Part shown: piece by piece, positions 23,196 through 37,100 of the stretch
Numbering within the stretch: the stretch's first letter is position 1
How the letters are laid out: each line of letters begins with the position of its first letter
Assembly: GCA_050273025.1 (NCBI GenBank)
Contig: CP158635.1
Location: 32,364,001 to 32,428,000, forward strand
DNA length: 64,000 nt
Direction: 5' to 3'
From: Cenococcum geophilum
Lineage: Eukaryota
The notes under the pieces: model-generated
Database searches by the model: none
Seen by the model: only the letters and a program-made list of their open reading frames with translations
Told to the model about the DNA's origin: nothing
Made by a program: the position numbers and the translations under genes

Positions 23196-24774
23196 ATTTA
23201 CTAGCTACTAAAGCAACTTAATATTATCTTTTTAGAACTTAGTAATAGTAATATAAGCTTTATAATAAGGAGCTTTATCTATTTATATAATTATTAAAGT
23301 ACTTCTAAATTTGTAACTAGGAAAATATATATTATACTTAATATTATAGAAGTTATAGAATTCTTTAAGCTTTATATATAATCTAGGAAGCCCTACACCG
23401 TAATATTACCCTATTCTTCTTTATTCTAAAATAGTAGAGGCCCTTTTTCTATACCGTAGAATATAGTTTATACTATTATATAAGATATGTTAGTAAACTT
23501 AGGACGGAGGTAGTTAAGATAATATTGTTTACTAGCTCTTCTAATAATATAGAGCTATTAGTACCTACTACGATATATAGCTGCCTTATCTATCTATATA
23601 ACTCTTTACTAATTCTCTTTTTAGAAGTAATAGTAAGCTAATATAAATACTAACCGGGCCTAATAGTAAGCTATAATAAGCTAGGGCTTTATATAAGCAA
23701 TATAGTATTAAAGAACCCCCTTTTTAATATATTAGGCGACTATAGAATTAAAATAAGAGACTTCTACGTAGAAGGAAAGCTCTAAGTAGGTAAGGTAATG
23801 CGCTTAAGTGTTTAACTCTAGGAAATTAACCAGTTAATGCCGAATTAATAAACCGTATATTAGAGTATTGCGATAGCTACTATATATTAAGGTCTACGAT
23901 TTATTAATAATGCGGTAGATAGTACAATATAGTTGCTTAACTAATATAGTAATATAAGAGGCAGGTTTTTAAAGATATCTTATAGAGTAGGGAATAAGCG
24001 TTCGCTAAAGGGGGGGAGTGAAGCTAGTTATAAATAAAGCTGTAGTAGCCGCGACACTAAAAGATATATAGATTGAATAGGTAATGCAACTAAACAGCCC
24101 CTTAATAATAGCAAAGGCTTACCCTAATTGGAGCGTAGAGGAAAGTTCAAGATGTTATAATATTAAGGGGTATGTGATAATGCGATGATATAAAACAGTT
24201 ACGGAATCCTTTTATCTCCGATAAGCTTTTTTTAATTAGCAGCTATTCTTTCCTCTTTTATTGCCTTAGATATCTTAGTATATAGGCAAATCTCCTTAGC
24301 ACGATATAGATTTTGGAGCCGAGCGTACCGTAATACTAAGGGTATTATTGTGTTTAAGTTCCGTACGTAAGATACACTAAAATCAAATTATAGTATATAT
24401 TGTGTATCTACGTGCGCGAAGCCGTAATTAGGAAACTGACTCTTCCAAAAAAAAAAGAAGTGATCGCCACTTAGTGTTTTGAAGCTGTTGTTCCTAAATT
24501 CAACAATTATGCCTAGTAGATTAAGGTGTTTTTAGTAGTGGGCGCATATTTTCTAGCGTTTAAAGCTAAAATCTATAACAATGTTGCCTCCTAGAATTTC
24601 AAGACCTACCTATACTTAATAGGTAGAATTAAGTATAGAGAGTAAGATTTAAGGGTTAATTTAATAGATTTTAATTTGTTAAACGGACGATTAGGAATAA
24701 GAACTCTATTTATTAAAGAGGGCTCTAGAAGCTCTCTTATATATATTAAGTAGGTCCAAATATAATAACAATAA

Positions 24775-27700
24775 TAATAATAATAATAATTCATTGCTTA
24801 ACGTCCGATTCGGATCCCTATTGGGCCTACGTGGACTACTCCTTATATACATATAGGGAGAAAACTCTATTTAAGAAAACCCCGTAATCTATCTCCCCGC
24901 CTTTTAGGACTTGCCTATAAGGCGCCTATAAGGCGCCTGCAAGTCACCTATAGTGCTCCTACTATCTTACTTTTTAACCTCCTTAGGAACTACTACTGCC
25001 GTAATAAGCCTATAGACGCGCTAGTATTGTATACTTTACTCTACTACTATAAAGTCATTAGGGGGCGCCCGTTGCTCGCCCCCCCGCCCTCTATTACTAT
25101 TTCCCTTATAACCTAAAACTGGTTTAGTATATTTTAGCTAATAAGCTACTAGGTAACCGCCTTAAGGCCTTTTTATATTAAGAGTAGTATATTATAGTTC
25201 TCTATGCCAGCTACTAAGAGTATTACTTCTTAGTTAGTGCGTAAGGGGTATAACAGTATTACGTGTTTTAGTGTCTATCTTAGCCAGCTACATTTATATC
25301 TTAGGCTACCTACTAGAACACCCACCTAGTAGAGCCAGTCTTTTAGTCCTATTATTCCTATTCTTAAGAGTATTACTATTATATTTTCTGCCTTTATTAG
25401 GCCTTCTTAGAGCCTTAGAGTATTTACCCCCTATAGCGTTAACTATGCTATAGCTTAGGTTCCTCTTACCTTAGTTAGCCTCTGTGCCTTTAACTCCTAT
25501 ATACCTCTCTAGCGTTAGTCCAACCAGTATTATATTATAGTAGATAGTTTCCTAGCGTTCTTTTATACTCTGCTTTAGCTCCTTTCTCTTTCTTACTATT
25601 ATCTTTACTAGCCTTTTACGCGTCTCCCTTCCTTCTCTATATAGGCCTAGGCCCTAAAGCAGCACTATTCTTCTTCTACTTTCTTTACTTATTTCTCTAA
25701 TTTATCTTCCCTACTTTAGGGTTATTAGTTTATTCTCCTATAGGGCGCCCTAGGGTCCCTCTATAGTTTATTTAGGCGTGTCTTAATATACTTTTTAATA
25801 TTAGAGTTACGTTTATTTTACGCCCTTTATATTATAGTGGCTTTAATATATAGTTATAGGGGGGGGATATTAGCTTCCTTCTTAAGTAGTGCTGTAGCCG
25901 TTTGCTTATATACGCCTATTATACTCTAAAGGCAGGCTATTTGGACCTTTTAAAGTAGTTTAAGAAGCGACTTAGGGGGGCCTTTTTTAGATTCTCTAAT
26001 GGCCCAAATACTGAACCTATATGTTATAGTTAGCCAGACAACTGCTATATATAGTAAGCGTAACCTCTAGAAGTATGGACCCTATATAGAATTAACGATC
26101 CTAGATAATACGATATACTATACTTAGCCCTTATAGGCCGCTTATACCGCATATACGCTCTACTAGAGCTTACTATCTACCTATACTCCTAATACCCTTA
26201 GGCCCTAAACTAGTTAACCCCTAAAGCCTTAGATGCGAATTATATACTAAAGATCTATAAATTAGTTACGTTTTCTTATAAAATAGATTAGCTAGTATTT
26301 CTCTAGTAAGAATTAGACTTTATATCGTCTTGCCTATTCTATATAGGTGTTATAAGCTTTCTCTAGTATTCTGCAATTCTTTATGGCTATTAGCCCGTAT
26401 ATAATTAGGTTTATATTATTAATAAAGCCTATCCCCTAGGTCGCCCCTTTCTTAAAGGAGTTAAGTAGGTTACTTATAAAGAAAAGGAAGAGTATAGGTA
26501 AGAGGGGTAATCCTTATGGTATTCCTATTATAACTGCGATAGGGGGGCTCTGGTATCCGCTAAAGACTAGTAATATTTCTTTCTAACCTATAAACCCTTA
26601 AATAAATTATATAATCCATTCTAGGAAGCCTTTTACCCTAAGGATATATAGGAGACGCTTATAGGGTATGTTATTATAGGCGCCACTAATATTTAGGCTG
26701 AGCATTAATACTATAAAGTCCCTTTATATCGCCTATATAGATTTAATAGTAGTAGCAAGTAGCGTAAGTGCTAATAATGTTAAGCGGTTCTTTCTTACCC
26801 CTATTTAGCTTTATAGTAGTAGGGCGTATTCCTTAGCTATATCTACTATATGGTCCGCTATTACCTTTTCTAAGATCTTACTAAGGGTGTTTTCTAAGGC
26901 AATAGGGCGGTAGCTTCCTAGGATTAAGTAATCTACTTTACCTTTTTTTTTATAGGATAACCGTTATTATAGATCTTCCGAGTTGCGGGTAGTAGCCTAT
27001 AGTAAAGTATACTCTAGCTATATCTGCAAGCTAAGGTACTATAAGTGGTCTATAGGTCTTTAGGGCCTTATTTAGGATCCTATCTAGTTCTAGTACTATA
27101 TTATTTAAAAGGCGGCTAATAGTTTTGGCCATTTCCTCTATTATTATATTGCTGTTAACCCATAGGCGAGTTACTAGTGTTTTACCTATAATATTACTAA
27201 GGTCTACTAGAGCCGGTTAAGGAAAGAACCTTTTGTAAGGGTACTTTTGGTCCCTTACTCGGCTACATCCCGGGAGCTCTCAGGGGCTGCCAAGGCTAGC
27301 CTTCGGCTAGGCCTTGGCCACCCCTTATAAGCTCCTCGGGCTTGCAGCCTCCTTCCTCCCCTATCGGTTCGTCTTAGTACGAGGCTATTGCCTACCCTCA
27401 TTACCATATCGTCCTCTTCCATCGACTCCCTATGTGACTCATGCTCGGCTTGCCTGCTCCCTACCGTACACCCTAGCAATACTGCCTTACACCTTTCTAT
27501 AAGGATCTTTGCCTTCTTATCGTTATTATTAGTAGCTTATAATTCCCCTACTCTTTATAGGGGTAGTAGGTATAGATCTTCTACTAATTACCCTGCCTTT
27601 TTCTTTACCTATTTTACTATAGCCTACAGGCCCTTATTATAGGGGAGGCTCGGGTTAAAAGTATACTCGTTTATAAATTGTCTCTAGTTATTCCTTACTT

Positions 27701-30647
27701 CTTTTTTTAGGGTATTCTTTAACTAGTTTCTTATATCTTTATATTATCTCTTATCTTTAAGGTTATGGCTACTTAAGTATTTCCTTCTTACTTATCGTTG
27801 GCTAGCTATAAGAACCGCGCATTATACGGACCATATATATTGCGCGTAGGGGCCCAGTTTTAAGACTGGGCAGTACTCTTTTAACCTATTTTTAATTACT
27901 GCCTAGATCCTTTCTAGTCTTCAGTTAATTTCCTTAGGGGTAGCTAATAAACCTCGCTTATTTAGTATTAGGTAGATTTCTTCTAAGTCTTAAAGTTATT
28001 ATTTAACTATATTAAGGAAGCTGTCTACCTTAAGCATCCTTATTACGTATCTTTTACTATTTAGTTACGCCTTAATATCCAAATCTAGCTATATCTAGAT
28101 AGGGATATAGTCTAAAGTAAGTGCCTATTCTTCTTTGGGGTTACACCTTTTAAGTCTCTAGTATAGGCCTTTATCTATAAATGTAAGGTTAATTATACTT
28201 TTAGCGGATCCTTATTGCCATATAATTGCTCTAGGGGGGGTGGCTAGCTTAAGGCCCTAGGTGTCTATAGCTTTTAGTAGGCACTCTACCTATCGTTTAG
28301 CAGCGACGTAGATACCCCCCTACCGTAGGTAGTAGAGGTTTATATCTCCTAATAAAATAGACTCTATGCCTTTAGTTTTAAGTAAGCTTATTACCAATAT
28401 AATATTCTCTGTTTATAGGACCCCTTTAACCCTAAGGTTATATACATTAATAATTTATACCGGTCCTCTATATGTCTGGATTATTATAACTGCAATATCT
28501 AGATTAACTGCCTGCTATAACTATAAGGATAGGCTAATAGTCTTACTAATTATAAAGCATACGCGTGTAGCTGCTTTTAGTTTGTATAGAAGCTAGAATC
28601 CTTGGGGGCAGTATATCGATTATATATAGGTATTATAGTACGGCTCTTATATAGCAAGGATATAATATTTCTCTAGGTCTAGGCTGTCTAGTAAGGGCCT
28701 TACAAGACGGTGGTTTATATTGCTATAGTTATACTATATAATGGATAGGTGGCGGACCCCCGGTAAGGGTCTTTCGCCTTTCTATTATTCCTCGCTTCTT
28801 CTATTTCTACTTTCTTTAGGATATTTAAAACTTCTATCTTTTGTATCTACACCCTAGTTACTACTTATTTTATATAGAGCTTTCTATTCCCGTGTCTTAT
28901 ATTCCTACTAGCGCTTCTATATCTAAATCTATTATTATCTTCGGTTCTTCCCCTATTCTTACTAGTTAGCTATACGCCCTTTAAGAGTTGGCTGCGAATG
29001 TTATATTTACCGCGTTAAGTCTAATTTTTAATTGTCCTAGTCTTAAGCTTACTATAACTGTCTATAAGGGTCTTCCTACAGGGCGTCCTCTCCCTTATAT
29101 CCCCTATAACTCTTATATCCCTATATAGTCTAGTAATATTACACGGCGTCGCTTCTGGCCCGTTAAGGCTTAGGATAGCTAGCCTAGCCCCCTAGTATTA
29201 AAGGTAGGAAACGCTAGAAAGGCACCTACGCCCCCTTAGCTTATCGCTTATTATTTCTATTTATATAACCTTACGTACAATTATTCCCGTAGCTGTTAAG
29301 CCCTTACCTTCTATCTCCTAATTTAATACAGTCTTCTCTCTCCTACGCCTTATATATACTTTAGTGGCAGTATACGTATTTTATTTAGTCTTAATTTAAG
29401 CAGTGTCTTATATTGTGGGGGCCTATATAGTGGCCACAGCACACCTATACTGCGTATATGGATTAGGTGTGTCCCTATTATACGCAGTAATAGTATTATT
29501 TTAGGCGTAGTCTGTGGTTATAGAGCCTTATATTATATATAAGGCCGTTTATAATTGTTCCTTTTTAGATAAGGAGTTTTTATATTCCTAGTGTATGTGT
29601 GCTAATAATAAGGGAGCTATGCGTTTGTTTAGCGTCTCCCTAGCGAGTCTCTAGCGACCCTTATATCCTCTTATTGTTCTTATTATTTACTTAGTTTACA
29701 TTTTCCTGTTAAAGCCATTAAATTTAGGTGATCTTAAGTCCTAATATAAGGCGTTCCATTTATCTTACTATCTTTTATATAATTGCTATGTTGTCTATCT
29801 AGTGTCCCTTTTTTACCCTAAGGCTTATAGAGACCGCTAGGACTTTGACTAGGTAATCCTCGCGGAGTACTTTTATACTAATACATTCTCCTAGCCTATC
29901 CCCTACCCTTACGGCTCGTTCCTTTGCCTATTGGTCCTTTAGGGTAACTCTAATATCTCCGCTTCTAAGGTATTAGACCATAACAGCGTTATAAACCTCT
30001 TTACGGATTTTTATAAGGACTTCTATTTCTAATTATCCCCTAAACCCCTCTACTTTTTCTATATTTAGTTATATTATAATTATATACCCAGTTATTATCT
30101 TAAGGGGGGTAAGTTCCCTATACTATAGAAGCGCAGCTATAGCGGCCTAGGTGCGGTTCGCCGGTAAAGGGGGGTTTTATTTATTTTTAATTTTGCTTAG
30201 CCGTTAGAGGATTTAATTAAGGGTTTGCTAAAGAGGTACTTAAGGTTTACTAGACTAACGGAGCCATTCTACTAGCTATATTAGATTGTTATAGCTAACG
30301 GTTACTCCCCCGCAATTTTAAGTACTAGACGCGTCTAGTAGGCTTTATATTTTATTAGATGCCTTTTTAATAAAGGTATTTCCGCTTTATGGTGTGGTAT
30401 TCGCCCATCTTTATTACGGAGGGCTATTGCTAGGCGTAGTTCTGGCGGTTACGCGCGAGTACAAACCACCGTTATTTAACGTGTGCCTCCCCTACGATAT
30501 ATATATCTTAGGGGGATTCTCTAGGTATTTTATAGGGTTCTTTTAGTTGGTTTTAGTCTTTTTTGGCCAAGTGTAGCAAGAGCTCTAAAGTGCACTATAA
30601 ATCTAGGGTATTCAGCCTAATTAATAAGGTTGTTTATCCCTAAAGAT
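24775..30647 (-). mobile_element. Full-length Tad1-like LINE (LINE1), RIP-inactivated, inserted in the Copia D 3' LTR
   Basis: ~14-bp TSD TATAATAACAATAA (24761-24774 / 30648-30661). (ATT)n tail. RT YRPIALENTL.KI (~26900) and GFINNI (=GFVDD, ~26420). C-terminal C.C...T.KHVILLCP-like motif (~25280). Confidence 0.92.
27234..27491. mobile_element. Solo LTR (258 bp) inserted in LINE1 ORF2
   Basis: TGTAAGG...CCTTACA termini. 5-bp TSD CCTTT (27229-27233 / 27492-27496). Removing it restores the reading ILIERFFP. Confidence 0.9.
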
Positions 30648-31194
30648 TATAATAACAATAACGTCGTTATATAGTAGGTTATAGTTTAAGAGAAATAGGT
30701 AATAAGACGTTTAATAAGATATATAAGCTTAAGATATAAGATAACTAAGATATAGTTTGGATAGACGATCTAGGTCGTTAAACAGTATTACAATAATAGT
30801 AAGGAACTTTAATTTAGGTTAATATACCCCCTTAGCTGCACAGAGCCTTCTAGGCTGCTGTAGAAATACTAAAAAGTTATAATAGCAATTTGGTGTTAAG
30901 TTAAAGGAAATCCTCTATATATTTACCTTGCCTAAATATTATTTAAATTAAATTAAATTAGATCCTTAATATTAATAAGGTTTAATTGCTAAATATACGT
31001 CTTATACTTTTAACGAGGCAAAGCCTTTATTAGGCTATCTACTATTATATTCGCAGTAGGCACCTATTTAATATTAATGCTTCCTTTATAAACTTCCTAG
31101 CGGAGCTAGTAGTAATAAATATTAATATATATTAAAGCTTAGTGTTAAGCTCCGCGTCGCTTTTAGTTAGTAGTTAAATAGTTTATAGGTTGTC

Positions 31195-34100
31195 TGTAAC
31201 GGAACCTTATAATAGGAACTACGATAGGCTCGTTATTAAGCTAGGTATATAGGTAATATAAGTATAAAAGTTAACAATGTAATAATAACTGGTGGAGTGG
31301 TTACCTAATAGATTAACTCCAATTGTATTCTAAGAATTACTATAAGGAAGGAACTATCTAGGTAGGGACTGAGGGTCCTTAAATATATAACTATACTCCT
31401 ATAAAATCCTTCTTATATATAATATATATATGCTCTATTTACTCTATTACGGATTATACAGATCCTATAGATTATATAGATTACGTTATATAACCTTAGT
31501 TACCATTTCTCGTTATATAGCTCTACCGGCTCTATCCTAGACTATACCTAAATTAACTAACTAGCTTTTTCCGTCTCTTCTCTAAGTAGTTATAATATTG
31601 TACTTAAAGCGTCCGTAATACTATCTCCCTCCTCTTTATCTTTGTCCTTAAAGATCCCTAATATCTCTAAGTTGTTTATTAGAGGTATAATATCCATATA
31701 ATTAATTTAGTTAATATTGTTACTTATTATACCTAAAGCAATTTCTTTTTCTTTAACTGCTCGTCGCATTCGTATTATTGCTGCGATATTATCTCTTAGT
31801 AAGATTATACTATCTCTATATTCTCGCTATTTAAAAGAGGGGTTAGTTTATATTACGTTAGCGAACCCATCTTTACGATAACCGTCCTTTTACTTAGAGT
31901 ATACTAAAGCAAATATTTATTTATTCTATAACGTTTGCTTCGTCTCTAATACTAAATATACGCGACTTATTACTTTTAATAGTCGTTTAGTTCCCTAATT
32001 AATTTATTTTAGGGTTTTATATTTAATCTACTACTATATAGTTAGATAATAAACTGTCTATTACTTTAGCGGAGTTGCGCTGTTCTTATAATATAAAATA
32101 GGAGGCTGCTAATGCTTAGCAACAGGCCCTTAAGTTTTATTTTACGGCGTCCGCTTAGTTAATTTGTCTTAAAAAGGTCTATAAGAAGGTCTATTCTAAG
32201 GAGTAGAAACCTATAAAATAGGGTCTATAGAAACTTAGTAATAAAAGAATAGATTCTCCTCCAATAGAAAAGGAAATAGATTTAAGTAGCTTAGTAACTG
32301 CTCTTCTTAGGTTCCCCTTAGGTAACTTATTTTTTAGTAATTCTTTTTTATTAATACTGCCTAACCTAATTTCTTCTAATACTCCTATACCTTTTCTATA
32401 GCATTTTTTAAATTTTCTAGTAGTTCCTAGGTAGTCTTAGTGTAGCCTATCTACTTAACCTTATACTATATTTTATTATTAATATCCTTATAACTAACGA
32501 TTTTTAAAACTTACTATTAATTTTCTTCCTACCCTCTATATATGTTTACTTCGTAAACTAATAGCTTAATATTCCTATATACTAGCTTTAGTATTATAAT
32601 ATACTATATAGGGTAGATCTTTATTTTAGCTAGTAGGTTTAACTTAAATATAACTAGTAAAATCCTTTGCTTAATTTTAAAAGGTTTTAGTCTAACGTAG
32701 TCTAACTTCTTACTTAGTTATTAACTCTTAAAATTTTTATATAGTAGCCATACTTTATCTCCCTCCTTAAGATCTAGTCCCTTAGATCTCTTAGCATTAT
32801 AGTACTTTTTTATTCTCTCTTATACTTTTTTTATTAATTCTATAAGGTCTATATAAAGATTTATTAACGTCTTTATTCTTTCTTTAGCTATACTACTTAT
32901 CTTCTTTACTTACTATAGTAATAACGATATTCTTAGCTTATATCTGTAATTTGCCTTAAATAGTAATATACCTATGCCTTTTTATAGCGTTATATTATAT
33001 ATAAACTATATAACAGTAATAGCGATACCTAATTATTCTATACGTAATTAATATAATGCCTTAGATACTGCTCTAGTGTCTAATTTAACCTTTCTATTTA
33101 ACTATTTGTCTATAGATAATATATAGTAAAAGTTACTACTCTAACTCCTTATTCCGCTAAGAATACCTTCTAAAATACTATTATAAATCTTAGATCTCTA
33201 TCTAATATAATTTTACTTAGTGCTCTGTATTTTATAAACACTTCTTTAATATAGATTCTAGTAACATCTTCCGCTAAGATTTCTTCTGTATATGCTATAA
33301 AGTATCCCTACTTTATAAGCTTATCTACTATTACTAAGATTATATTATAATCTTATCTAGTAATAGAATCTCTTAACTTTAGTAACTTAATAATAAAGTC
33401 CTATAATATAACCTTTTATAGTCTCTCTAGTATTTTAATAGGTTGTAGCCCTCTATATAGCTTATACCTCATTAGTTTATTCCTTTAGCAATTTAAATAT
33501 TCTTTTATAACTTTTCGCGCTAAGCTTTAGATTCCGTTAATAATATACTCCTCTTAGAGTTTTAACACTAAGCCCATAGCTCTATTATATCCTTAAGTTA
33601 TTCCCTTATAGAAATCTTCTATAAATTGCTCCGCTATGCTTCTTAGGATATACTTTACTTCTTAATTTTTATATATATCCGTCTATAGATCTTTTAGCTA
33701 AGCCTTTAGAATTCTTTATACCTAAAAGCTTTCTAGTGACTTATAAACTCTCTCTAGTTCTTCCTAAGTTGCTATAATTTTTAGATAATTATACCTAATT
33801 AATCCGTCTGTGTCTTTTTATAGTAAAGCCCCTAATAGCTTCTCATTGTTTTACAGTTTAGCCTTTTAACTTAGAGCGTCTACTTACGTATTATTTATAC
33901 CCTTAGTATACTAAATCTTAAAATAGTATTTTATAAGCATCTCTACCCATCTAACCTATCTTTAGTTAAGTTCCTTTATTATTAGGAATCCTATTAGGTT
34001 CTTATAGTTTATCTTAACTATAAATAGTTTCTCTATACCTTGTAAGAATGCTCTTTATTTCTTTAATACTATAACTATACCTAATAACTCCTTATTGTAA

Positions 34101-37100
34101 ATGTTATAGTTTAATTCTAGTAGTATTATCTTTTAACTGTAGTATACCACTAGATACTATCTATTTTAATATCTTTATATAAAGCACGCCCCTAGTATAT
34201 AGTTTAATATATCTATCTTTATAACTATCTCTAGTCCTAGTTAATAGATCTTAAAAACTGGCTCCTGGGTAAATATCTCCTTAACTTATTTAAACAGTTT
34301 CTACTACTCCTCCCCCTATACCTATAGTTCTTCTTTCTTCGTTAATTGCGTAAATAGCTTAATATTCTTTAACTATTATATTATAAACCTTCTATAGTAA
34401 TTACAAAACCCTAAAAACGATCTTAACTACGTAACGTTCTCTAGTTCCTACTAATTCACTATAGCCTTAATCTTCTTCAGATCTATACTAAATTGGCCTA
34501 GTTTAATAATAAATCTAATAAAATCGGTCTTCCTAGTAAAGAACTCGCATTTTTTAATTACTACTAGCATCTGTTCTTCTTATAGTCTCTTTAAAACCTA
34601 TTTAACGTATTCTCCGTACTCTTCCTTAATTATTAAGTAGATAATAATATCATTAAAATATACTATAACAAATTCATCCAAGTATTCTTTTAATATATTG
34701 TTAATACGCTTCTAGAACGTCGCTAATGCGTTTATAAGCCTAAATTGTATAACTAATGGTTTATATAGTCCTTCCTTTAACCTAAAGGCTGCCTTTTATT
34801 TATCGCCTTCCTTAATCCTAATCTAATAGTACGCCTATCTTAGATCTATCTTTATAAAGATTTATATATTACCTATCTTATTTTAGATTTCGCTAATTAA
34901 GGGTAAAGGATATCTGTCCTTTCTGATAATGCTGTTTAACTATCTATAGTTAATATATAGTTTTAGTTTGCTATTCTTCTTTAGTACAAATAGTACTAAA
35001 TAACCCGCTAATAACTACAATAGTCTAATATATCCCTTTCGTAAGTTTTCTTAAATAAACTCTTTTAATACTCTACCTTCTTCTTCGGTAAGCTTATAGA
35101 TTGAAAAGAACTTTAGACTTATTTCTGGTTTTAATTCTATCTTATAGTTCTATACTGTATAATTTAATAGCTTTTTACTTTCTAGTGACTATAGTTTCTT
35201 ACTATACTTATAGTATCTCTTTAGTACGTAACTTAGTCCTTTTTCTATTTCTTTATAGGTTGCTCCTACTTAGTACTATACTAACTTAGCTTATTATTGT
35301 ATTTTACGGCATTAAGTATTTTTAATATTAACCTAACCTGTAATCTAATTAATTTTTAAGTTATATTCCTATAACTAAGGCATCCCTAATACTGCCTTAT
35401 CCCGTCCTAATGGTAGGATATTAAAAGACATCTTAATTTATCTCCCTTTAATAGTTATCTAAATAGGTCCTATTTTAAGACTAATAATCCCTCCTCCGTA
35501 GGCTATTAGATCTCCTAAAATTATAACTAATAGGTAAGATTATTCCTTCTATCTATAAGGTAGCCCTATTTTTTTTTAACTACTACTAGTAAGATGCGGT
35601 TTTGTATTACTCTACTATTTATTAGCGCTTTAAACTGCTAATCTTACCATTTTACTTATAAATTTAGGTATTATCCTTAAATTCCTTTAAGGGTCTAAGG
35701 CTTTACTACTGGCTTCCTCTAGTCCTATAGGCCTCTACTTTTCCTAACTATTAGCTGCTTAATCCTATTATACTTAGCTTACTCTTTAGCTAATACCTAG
35801 TTCGCTTTTTATCTTTAATATACTATAGATACGTATTCTTTAGGCATTTCTACTACTATTATTTATTTAAGCATTCTTCCGTAAGAATTTTTTTTAGTTA
35901 AAGTATTAAGTCTCCTAACTCCTAAACTTCTACTAGGTGCCAACTATATATATACTTAGTATTTCTATACTTCGCCTTGTCTAATAACTAATATATCCTT
36001 ACTAGGTACTTTTGGTTCTTATCTTTTAGTGCTCTATATATGTTGCATATATTATCTATATATGCGATCTATACCAACGTATAATATACTAGGTGTTTTA
36101 GGTTAACTCTTAGCTCGTCTTTATCCCTAAGTTTAAACCTCTCCCATATTAATCTAAGCGTTATAACTTTATTTATAGGTACTATAATTTGCCTCTCGCT
36201 TTTCTAATCCTCTAATTACTTCTTTAGATCTTTTAACATTATAATTAAGGCTCCTTTAATGTAACTTATTGCCTTTTCCGTAATCGGGTAGTCTTAAATA
36301 ACTTTTTTATCCAACTATATATAGAAATCTTCCTACTTATTATTATGTCTTTATCTATACCACTTTTAGTATAGCCCTTTAAGTATATACGGCTTATCCA
36401 TAAGGAAGTATCTTCTTATTACTATATTATAATAGCCTTTTATATATTGTTCCTTAAACCTAATAGGAATCCCTAAATCCTCTTCGTTTTCTAGTTCGGT
36501 AAGCTACTTAGCTCTTAGTATGCCTGCCCTAGGCCTATTAGTAATTCTTTATACTAGCGCTCTGTCCCTTATATGTCTTAATATACTAGATCTCTTATCT
36601 AGTTTCTGTTCTTGCTATGCGATGATTTTTTGCCTAAATTCTTCTATGGTTTCTTTTGGTTTACGTTTTATAGCTAAATCCTTAAAGTCTTCCTACTTCT
36701 TGATCTTTGTATTAACTCTTTAATCTTTAGGCCGAACACTATATTCCCCTAGTAAGTCTTTTAGGTTTATATATCTGTCTCCTAATCTAACTACTATTTA
36801 TACTATAGATTCTCTAATTTATAAAGAAGCCTTTTACCTCTTACTTATAGGTGTCCTTATTTATACCCTAAATTCTTAGTCTTTTAGATTCTTTAATCCT
36901 AAGCTTGCTTTTAACTTAAGCTTAGCTCCTACCTTAGTTTAACTAAGCTTAGGTATTCTCATCTTATTTTAAAAGTCTTAAATCTTACTTATCTCGTCTT
37001 AAGAATCTTATACCTATAGGAAACTCTATCCCAAGCTTATTTGTATATCTTTAAACTAAGCTACTGCTTTACTCTATTAGTTATCGTCTATTATAGGTTC

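Larger units (their letters stand above)
19739..24100 (-). mobile_element. RIP-degraded Tc1/mariner transposase relic, split by Gypsy A2; ends approximate
   Basis: The minus strand de-RIPs to RVIWTDE (~23600), GPLLFW.KEEWG.IT (~23440), QMDKAP.HKA (~23280) and WP.NSPDLNPIEAVW, the last spanning the Gypsy insertion (23205/20060). Confidence 0.8.

Noticed and set aside
27234..27491. Possible spliceosomal intron or 74-aa gene inside the LINE
   Set aside because: Better explained as a solo LTR (TG...CA inverted ends and a 5-bp TSD).
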